Positions 37,161 through 44,326 of a stretch of DNA of 64,000 bases are shown here, piece by piece (position 1 is the stretch's first letter; the number at the start of each line of letters is the position of its first letter). Under the pieces are notes generated by a model. The model was not told where the DNA came from. It saw nothing but the letters and a program-made list of their open reading frames with translations, and did not search any database. A program made the translations under genes and the position numbers. The stretch spans positions 5,882 to 69,881 of the forward strand of contig JAAEOH010000065.1 of the NCBI GenBank assembly GCA_024244645.1, given 5' to 3'. The stretch is from Hyphomicrobiales bacterium (lineage in GTDB: Bacteria > Pseudomonadota > Alphaproteobacteria > Rhizobiales > Rhizobiaceae).

Positions 37161-38912
37161 CTAGAGTCCCTTTGCTCGCGGTGCGATCTCAAGCTCGTCG
37201 GGAGAGACAAGACCAGGCAGAGTTTGCGCCTTGTCATACTCGCCCACGGATAGATTCGAGGCCTCGCCCTGAGGATCGTCGACGAAGAACGACCCACGCA
37301 TTTCCAGGTGCAAAGGACCGCAGAAATGCTGGCAAAATATTGCGTACTCGCCTGCGATGTCCGCTACGAACTCGGCTACTGCCGTCACCCCGCGCGGTGC
37401 GTCCAGGTTAGTCCGCAGACCATAGGGCCCGTAAATCACGAAACCCATGGTGACATCCGGATTCTTGGTAATGCCCGCTGCTCGGTCGATGTTGGTAACG
37501 AAGATGCGTACCTTGTCGCCCTTGTTGACGCGGATTTGTCGTGGGATATAGCCGTAACTAAAGGCTTTGACATGGATTTCCTTGACCCCGTCCTTCGTCC
37601 GGATACCTGGCTTCTCGTTGGATTTAGGCAGCAGATAGACCTTGGCCTTGGCTCTATGGGCGGGACGAATGTCGATGGCGGCTTCAGTAATCAGGCCGCC
37701 TTTCTCAGCCTGGCCCATGTTCCAGCGTTTTATCTGTGAGGCGTAGATCGACTTGGCGTTGTGAGGCTCGCCGTCCACCGGGACGATCTTCAGCGTCTTA
37801 CCGTAGGTCGGGCTCTCTTCCCGGGCATCCCACAGTTCGAAGTTAACCGGATAGACCAGGCCGGTCGGATTGAACAGTCCAGTCGAAAATTTGTTCAGCG
37901 AGATAACATAGTCGTTGTTGGCGCTGATCGCGATGTGGCCGGTCCGGTAATGGGTCGGAATCTCATCCACCACCTCGAGTTTCTTCAGATCGATCTTCAC
38001 GTTGGAATCCGAGACGAAGCAACTTTCGTACGCGTATTTGGAAGTCAGGCCTTCCGGGCTATCCTTGCCTGGTTCGTAAGTACCGCCGTCTTTGTCGTAG
38101 ACATCCATCACCGAGTGCAATGGACCGGCGCAGGTTGGGATAACCTTTTTTACCGCCAGTTTTTCGACGTCGATCACGGTCATTGTTGCCGACAGTTTGT
38201 CGCTGACCAGAACCAAGGTGCTCTCGGGAATGACATCGGTGCCGTGTGGGTTCTTGCCGACCGGAATTTCCTTGATGAACTTGAACGGGTTGGTCGAGAA
38301 CACGCCTACCGTGGAGTGGTAATAATTACCTGAAAAGACGTAGCGGCCTTTTTTGTCGACATCAAGGTAATCAGGGGCGCTGGGCGCGGGACCCCAATCG
38401 ATAATTTCGGTCTTGCCGGTGGCAATCTCGGTTTTCGACATCTTGCCGGAATATTCCCCGGTGCCGTAGAGGAACTTACCGGTATCGTCCAGCGCAATGT
38501 GGTGAACACCAAACGGAAACGGCAGTGAAATCAGACGTTCGAGGAAACCGGTCTGCAGGTTGATAACGCCGATTGTATTGGCACCCTTGTCGTTGACGTA
38601 CAGATATTTGCCGTCCGGAGTGAGATTCTTATTGCCGGCGTTGGTGCCGCTGAATACCGGCTCGTGCAGATCGACGCCAACGTCGATGTGACGGTACGTC
38701 CGCAGGCTGGGAAGCCCGATGATTGCAACCCTGCCATCAAGGCCGCCGGCGTTGTACAGTAACATCGGGTCCTTTGTCGGATGATCTGTTGCTTCTACTT
38801 CAACGTTCTGCCAATCAGGTAAATCCGTCTCCGCGAACGATCCCGAATATGTCGACGCCGCAATTGCGGCACCCAACGCCACCGCCCATTTGATCCTATT
38901 TTTTTGCTGCAT
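37161..38912 (-). CDS. nosZ: Divergent nitrous-oxide reductase-like multicopper protein (beta-propeller + cupredoxin), Sec signal
   Basis: AGGLDGRVAIIGLPSLR, DGKYLYVNDK, KNPHG, GPLH, HYRTGH, LNKFS, EPH, CQHFCGPLHLEM; ligand substitutions described in findings, so activity is not established. Confidence 0.85.
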   Translation of the reverse strand: MQQKNRIKWAVALGAAIAASTYSGSFAETDLPDWQNVEVEATDHPTKDPMLLYNAGGLDGRVAIIGLPSLRTYRHIDVGVDLHEPVFSGTNAGNKNLTPDGKYLYVNDKGANTIGVINLQTGFLERLISLPFPFGVHHIALDDTGKFLYGTGEYSGKMSKTEIATGKTEIIDWGPAPSAPDYLDVDKKGRYVFSGNYYHSTVGVFSTNPFKFIKEIPVGKNPHGTDVIPESTLVLVSDKLSATMTVIDVEKLAVKKVIPTCAGPLHSVMDVYDKDGGTYEPGKDSPEGLTSKYAYESCFVSDSNVKIDLKKLEVVDEIPTHYRTGHIAISANNDYVISLNKFSTGLFNPTGLVYPVNFELWDAREESPTYGKTLKIVPVDGEPHNAKSIYASQIKRWNMGQAEKGGLITEAAIDIRPAHRAKAKVYLLPKSNEKPGIRTKDGVKEIHVKAFSYGYIPRQIRVNKGDKVRIFVTNIDRAAGITKNPDVTMGFVIYGPYGLRTNLDAPRGVTAVAEFVADIAGEYAIFCQHFCGPLHLEMRGSFFVDDPQGEASNLSVGEYDKAQTLPGLVSPDELEIAPRAKGL

Positions 38913-39154
38913 TCTTTAGTTCTCCCTGTATATCACGATCAGCTTCCAGAATTGGTCAGCCGGCTCGCCGTTTGGCTAATCAAGGGCAGCGGGATTTGGT
39001 GCATGGACGCACTTCCCACTATAGCTAGAACGATTGTCAGCATAATTCTGTTTTCAGCCGAGCAACTTGACCTAAATCAATCCACGCCTCACGCGTGCTC
39101 TCGCGCGACGCTATGTCGCATGGACCACGGTCATCCGCGATACCAACGGGCAGC
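38827..39154 (-). repeat. Direct repeat copy 2 (promoter + RBS + signal-peptide codons)
   Basis: Matches 32345-32672; ends 24 bp from the IS6 end. Confidence 0.95.
39067..39080. promoter_or_regulatory. FNR-type box upstream of the nosZ-like gene
   Basis: TTGAC-CTAA-ATCAA, same geometry as copy 1. Confidence 0.7.
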
Positions 39155-39177
39155 ATTGACAAGTTAACTCCCTAGAT

Positions 39178-39781
39178 GGTGGTGTCAGACCAATTCGAAC
39201 TGGCCTCAGCCAGGCTGGCATCACTGTCCCCTAAGCCGCGCAGAGACCGCGCCACTCAGTCAGAGCGGCAGTACGGTTCAGCTTGAAATGAATTCGTTTT
39301 GAAAGGCTGCGCTCGAGGTTGAAGTGGTTGTAGACAGAAGAATGGACCGCAGCGAATTTCTGCAAACTTTGCATACTACGATAGCGCTGCATGGCTCGTT
39401 CTCTTCGCCGAAACGGCAGGTGAGAATTCTCGGCCCGGGTGTGCCGCTCACCGTTGATCTTCACGAAAACTTCGTCCGGATGCCACTGCCACTGCGAACA
39501 GCTACGAAGTTGTTGAACCCGCTTCCGACGGATCTGCGACGCGAAGAACGGCCCGAACCTTTTCACCGGAACCGAATGGTTTCGTGGCTGACATCGGTCC
39601 CACGTTCATGAAGTAGATCTTCGACATTTCGCAGCGAAAGTGGAAAACGAACATACATCATCACCCCCAATTGGATAATCTCGGGGCTGGTTTTGAAGTA
39701 TCGAAAGAGTGAGCGTTTTGTCATGGTAGGACGCTACGATACCGCCCTACCCTTCACAACTGAGTTTCCTCTGAAAGAACC
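39178..39781 (-). mobile_element. IS6-family remnant with internal deletion and frameshift
   Basis: MTKRSLFRYFKTSPEII..FPLSLRNVEDLLHERG; WHPDEVFVKINGERH joined to AENSHLPFRRRERAM; imperfect IRs GGTGGTGTCAGA / GGTTCTTTCAGA. Confidence 0.88.
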
Positions 39782-39784
39782 CTT

Positions 39785-40117
39785 ATGCGTGATCTGTGCA
39801 TCAGTGCCGGCATACCGATGACCATCGAGGACACCTGGGGCGGCGATATCACCACAGCCACCATTGCTCATCTCGCACGCTCAACGCCTGAGGAATTCTG
39901 CTTTTCCGCAACCGATTTCAATAGCTATGGAACTGCTAAAATCGCCGAGGGTGCACGGCAACGTGTCTACCGAAAAATGACCGCGCCAGACAGGCCCGGT
40001 TTGGGTATCACCCCTGATTTCGGCATCTTGGGTGATGCTCTACTTGCAATCGAATTACGAGGAGGCGTCGCCTTCGCATTCAAACACTCGCAAACCCGGT
40101 CAGGGCGCTCAGGCTGA
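39785..40117 (+). pseudogene. C-terminal fragment of a mandelate racemase/MLE-family enzyme
   Basis: [28 protein letters not shown]; 5' part cut by IS6. Confidence 0.75.
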
Positions 40118-40248
40118 CGTCATACTGGTGTGCGGCCCAGATGGCGAAAACACGATCAATAGCAATAGCGTGAATCAATTTTGAATCCTTAGTGCACGGA
40201 AATCGCACGGACGTCGCCGTTACCATTTGATTTTACAACAAATTCTTC

Positions 40249-40271
40249 CCAATCCATCATCGGCGCGACGG
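40249..40271 (+). repeat. Second att core (displaced dusA 5' fragment)
   Basis: CCAATCCATCATCGGCGCGACGG; minus strand reads KTLKNNKKMLSVAPMMDW and then diverges from dusA. Confidence 0.9.
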
Positions 40272-40548
40272 AGAGCATTTTCTTGTTGTTTTTCAGTGTT
40301 TTGCTGATCGCTCGTATTGTCAAAACCATAGAAGGAACCTGGCGCGCGCCTCAAGACTTTGCGGCAGACGCATGCGAAACAGTCTCTGGTTGGACCCCGT
40401 TTAACAAACCTGCAACACTCCGAAGTGAGAGTGAAAAGCAAACGCAGATCACCGCTGCCGGGAGGATGACCTCAGGCTGGATCGGCAAATCAAAAAGAGC
40501 CGCATTTCCTCATCACAAGACCAAGGAGGCCGGTACCGTGCAATCCAG

Positions 40549-41421
40549 TCAGGCCGTTTTTTTGGCGCGTTCCGAAATTTCATCCAGCCCATCGGACAGC
40601 GTCGGACGCTCGCTGCTAAAATAGACCCCTATCTGGCGATGATCTGTGACCTGGGCGGCAATCATCGCTGCTGAAAGATCCGATGCATCGTGATCGTCCG
40701 GCAGCGGATGTACACTCATGTCCAGATTCTTATAGGTCATCGATGTCTTGTCGAACGTGACGCATGGCGAAAGCACATGCAGATATGAAAACCCTCGGTG
40801 ATCGATGGCGGCCTTGATCATTTCGGTCAGATGATGCGGTTCACCTGCATAGGCCTGGGCAACCCAGCTTGCGCCGTACGACAGCAGCATCATCAGCGGA
40901 TTCAACGGCTGATCGAAATTGAGATACGGTGTCGTCGTCGTCTTGAAGCCGAGAATCGAAGTCGGTGAAGTTTGCCCCTTGGTCAGGCCGTAAACGCCAT
41001 TGTCGAAAAGGATATAGGTGATATCGACGTTGCGCCGGGCGGCGTGCGGTATATGCCCGCCACCAATGGCAAAAGCATCGCCGTCGCCGCCGACAACCAC
41101 GACTGTCAGGTCTTCGTTGGCTACCTTGATTCCGGTTGCCACCGGCAGCGCTCGCCCGTGCAGCGAGTGAAAGCCATAGGTATTCATGAAAAACGGGAAG
41201 CGCGAGGCGCATCCGATTCCCGATACGCACACCGTATCCTTCTGATCGAGACCAAGCTCCGTCATGGCCTTGCCGACACCTTCGGAAATCGAGAAGTAAC
41301 CGCATCCCGGACACCATGTCGGCAGTGTGCCGGAGCGGTATTCCAGCTTTCCGCTTCTCTCCACTTCCTCCAGTTTGTCTTCCAGGTAGACAGGTGCGCT
41401 AATGTTCATCATGGCTTGCAT
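40549..41421 (-). CDS. korB: 2-oxoacid:ferredoxin oxidoreductase beta subunit
   Basis: WCPGCG, SGIGC, GGDGD TPP motif, NGVYGLTKGQ, SPCVTF. Confidence 0.9.
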   Translation of the reverse strand: MQAMMNISAPVYLEDKLEEVERSGKLEYRSGTLPTWCPGCGYFSISEGVGKAMTELGLDQKDTVCVSGIGCASRFPFFMNTYGFHSLHGRALPVATGIKVANEDLTVVVVGGDGDAFAIGGGHIPHAARRNVDITYILFDNGVYGLTKGQTSPTSILGFKTTTTPYLNFDQPLNPLMMLLSYGASWVAQAYAGEPHHLTEMIKAAIDHRGFSYLHVLSPCVTFDKTSMTYKNLDMSVHPLPDDHDASDLSAAMIAAQVTDHRQIGVYFSSERPTLSDGLDEISERAKKTA

Positions 41422-41433
41422 CCCGTTTGACCG

Positions 41434-43242
41434 CTATTCGGCGGCAATTTTTCCACTGTGACCGACGAGCTGGCGGATTTGGTCGAGAATCTCGCCCACG
41501 CTCATCGGTGTTCCTCTCACCCGGTTCAGCCTGTGGACCGGGCGGCCTGTCGCTCCGGTCACCAGCGAGGCGAACTGGGCTTCATAATTGAGTTCGGGTA
41601 CAAGCACTTCGTTGCAGTCGTCCAGGAAGGCTTTTACGGGCCCGACCGGCAGCGGCGACAGCATGACGACTTTCATGGCCGAGCAACGAATACCCTCCTT
41701 GCGGGCCTCGATCATAGCTTCCAGAATCTCGCCAAACGTTGATCCCCAGCCAAGAACACCGACATCGACCACCCCCTTGTCTCCGAAGCGCTTCGAGATG
41801 GTGACGCCGGGGTGCTTGAGTGCCGGCAGCAGCTTTTGATGGCGCTTGACGCTCATGGCCTCGTGTATGCGCGGTTGATCGCTCGGCCGTCCACGCTCAT
41901 CATGCTCCAGCCCTGTAACGGTGTGCATGCGCCCCGTCTCGCCCGGGATCGCGCGTGGGCTGACACCGTCGCTGGTGAGCTTGTAGCGGTTGTATTCGGC
42001 CGGGCTCGCATTTTTTCGCGGCGTCTTCGAGCAATTTTCCGCGAACGGATTTTTCGACGGCAGTTGCACGGCTTCGTAGCGGTTGGAGAGATAAAGATCG
42101 AGTAGAACGATAACGGGCGTCTGGAAAGCCTCCGCCATCTCGAACGCCTTACCAGCGCATTTGTAGCAGCCTTCCACATTGGTGGGTGCCAGGACGATGC
42201 GTTGGCCGTCACCCGCAACACCGAATACGGCCAGATTGAGATCCGACTGCTCGGTTTTTGTCGGCATGCCGGTGCTCGGTCCCCCACGCTGGGAAACAAA
42301 TGCCACCGCAGGCACCTCGGCCATAGCGCCGAGCCCCATCATTTCCGTCATCAGAGCAAGACCGGGACCGGAGGTGGCCGTGGCTGCCCTCGCGCCTGTA
42401 TAGCCGGCGCCAATGGTTGCCGCGATGGCCGAAATCTCATCTTCGGTCTGCAACAGGCGGCCGCTGTGTTTTGGCATTTCGCGCGCCAGCATTTCCATGA
42501 TCGTGGTGGCCGGCGTGATGGGATAGCCGAAGAATGCGTCAATGCCCGCATCCAGGCACCCCCGGACCACGGCGGCGTTGCCACTCATCATAACAAGATC
42601 GGTCTGTTTGCCTTTACCGCCGGAGGCACCGATGCGGTCGAAATGCAGACGAAAGGTGTCCACGCCGGTCTGAAAACCCGCATCGAACGCAGCGCCAACC
42701 GAATCTGCCAATTCTTTGGATTTGCCCGCGAATTTGCCGCTGATCACCTCATGGAAGACCTCGGCCGGCATGTCATACAGGCCGGCAAGATAGCCGACCG
42801 CAACGATGTTGCGCGATCGTGCGCTGCTGGTGATACGTTCGGAAATTTCGCGAAACGCCACGCCATAGGGCAGATGTGCCGGTGAGAGATGCGATGAAAC
42901 ATGCGCACCTTCGCCTACCGTGGAAACCGGCGTGTCCTCATAGATCACTGTGCCGAACTTGCAGACCTCCGAGACATGCGGAATGGCATGGCTGTCATTG
43001 AGCGAGATCAGGCAATCGGATTCCGATTTCAGCGAATAGACCTGTTCGGATGTAATCCGCGCCCGCGCGATACATTTGCCGAAACCGCGAATTTCCGGCG
43101 GGTATACGTCAAACGCGATCACATTATAGCCGGCTTTGGCCATGGCCTGTTTGAGAATGTCGCCTGCCGCGATGGTACCGTCGCCCGCCGAACCGCAAAT
43201 GGCTATCTGGATATCAGTTCTTTGTTTGGCCGTTCTTGCCAT
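41434..43242 (-). CDS. korA: 2-oxoacid:ferredoxin oxidoreductase alpha subunit (gamma-fused)
   Basis: GSAGDG, GYPITPAT, EDEISA, TSGPGLALM, QRGGPSTGMPTKTEQSD; start ATG 43242. Confidence 0.92.
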   Translation of the reverse strand: MARTAKQRTDIQIAICGSAGDGTIAAGDILKQAMAKAGYNVIAFDVYPPEIRGFGKCIARARITSEQVYSLKSESDCLISLNDSHAIPHVSEVCKFGTVIYEDTPVSTVGEGAHVSSHLSPAHLPYGVAFREISERITSSARSRNIVAVGYLAGLYDMPAEVFHEVISGKFAGKSKELADSVGAAFDAGFQTGVDTFRLHFDRIGASGGKGKQTDLVMMSGNAAVVRGCLDAGIDAFFGYPITPATTIMEMLAREMPKHSGRLLQTEDEISAIAATIGAGYTGARAATATSGPGLALMTEMMGLGAMAEVPAVAFVSQRGGPSTGMPTKTEQSDLNLAVFGVAGDGQRIVLAPTNVEGCYKCAGKAFEMAEAFQTPVIVLLDLYLSNRYEAVQLPSKNPFAENCSKTPRKNASPAEYNRYKLTSDGVSPRAIPGETGRMHTVTGLEHDERGRPSDQPRIHEAMSVKRHQKLLPALKHPGVTISKRFGDKGVVDVGVLGWGSTFGEILEAMIEARKEGIRCSAMKVVMLSPLPVGPVKAFLDDCNEVLVPELNYEAQFASLVTGATGRPVHRLNRVRGTPMSVGEILDQIRQLVGHSGKIAAE

Positions 43243-43267
43243 TTCGCGTGCCTTCAGATTTGTCTTT

Positions 43268-44308
43268 CTAGCCGTATTGCCAAAATGGGGAATCGATCTC
43301 GCCACTCTTGGTCGTGACCAGCTTCTCATTTTGAACTGTGTCGATCGATTCATCCGCTCCCGTCATATTGAACGCAGCGATCCTGCCCATCTTTTTGACG
43401 TTCTTCCAGCCGTAGTAGAACCGGTACTGGTTTTCCTCGGGTGACCAGATCTGGCAAACGTCGCCCGCTGCCCAGATATTCTTGTCCGTCGATCGCAATT
43501 GCGGGTTGACCAGAACGCCGCGTTCGATGTCGACGCCTGCACCGGCCATGAACGCCAGTGACGGCATCAGGCCGCAAAACGACAGGATAACATCGGCGTC
43601 GATGACCTCGTTATTGTCGAGGATGATGCGCCGGTCAGGCCTGTTGCGGTCGCCGCGTTGGATCGACGTAATGGCAACATCGGTCCTCACACATATGCCC
43701 ATATCCTGCAATACAGCGACGAATTTTTGCCGTTGCTCAGCTTCAACGCGATGCGGCCAGAACAAATGATCCTCACCGATCACCGTTACCTTGTAGCCGT
43801 TTCTGACCAGCGAGCGGGCCAGATCAAGGCCGATCATGTCACCGCCGAGCATGACCATGTGACCGCGCCTCGGCAGAGCGTCACACACGGATTTGGCTTC
43901 CTCATAAGTTCCGAATTTGGCAATCAGATTTTTGAATTGATTGAGGCTTTCAGGGATATATCTGCCCCCTCCGCTGGCAATCAGAAGCTTGCTATATGAC
44001 AATGGTTCACGGTGGTGCAGCATCAGTAGTTTGTTGGTCGGGTCGACATGACTGACCCATGTATTGCGACGGACGGAGATTTTCTGTTCGTCGTAATACT
44101 CAGGCGGGTGAAGCAGGAAGTCGCGCCAGTCTGCCGACGAGCTGAAGATTTTGGGCAGTTCGTAGCGGTTGATCGACAGCAGCTTGCCGGCGCTCACCAT
44201 TGTGATGCGGCTGTCACTGTCACGCTGGCGAAGATGTCGGGCCGCCTCGCTGCCGGCGACGCCGTTTCCGATTACCACGTAATGTTCAGTATTTGCCATT
44301 GTCATCAC
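43268..44308 (-). CDS. FAD-dependent pyridine nucleotide-disulfide oxidoreductase-like protein
   Basis: VIGNGVAG, IASGG, WAAGDV; degenerate second Rossmann motif GGDMIGLD. Confidence 0.85.
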   Translation of the reverse strand: MMTMANTEHYVVIGNGVAGSEAARHLRQRDSDSRITMVSAGKLLSINRYELPKIFSSSADWRDFLLHPPEYYDEQKISVRRNTWVSHVDPTNKLLMLHHREPLSYSKLLIASGGGRYIPESLNQFKNLIAKFGTYEEAKSVCDALPRRGHMVMLGGDMIGLDLARSLVRNGYKVTVIGEDHLFWPHRVEAEQRQKFVAVLQDMGICVRTDVAITSIQRGDRNRPDRRIILDNNEVIDADVILSFCGLMPSLAFMAGAGVDIERGVLVNPQLRSTDKNIWAAGDVCQIWSPEENQYRFYYGWKNVKKMGRIAAFNMTGADESIDTVQNEKLVTTKSGEIDSPFWQYG

Positions 44309-44326
44309 GCCGGTTGCCCGTTCCCG

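Larger units (their letters stand above)
2168..40271. mobile_element. dusA-integrated genomic island (~38 kb), probably immobilised
   Basis: 23-bp direct repeat of the dusA APMMDW codons at both ends, integrase remnant beside the left end, heterogeneous cargo with IS remnants. Confidence 0.85.

Noticed and set aside
37161-38912. Calling it a confirmed canonical N2O reductase
   Set aside because: CuA His-to-Met, DxHE instead of DxHH and missing nosDFYL mean activity cannot be asserted from sequence alone.
31954-39167. Duplicated plus-strand ORFs MLHSLVLPVYHDQ (31954-32679, 38904-39167)
   Set aside because: They are antisense by-products of the 328-bp repeat.
40283-40624. Second integrase N-terminus (ARIVKTIEGTWRA)
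   Set aside because: The resemblance is short, the spacing from att differs from the left end, and there is no further similarity; likely chance.
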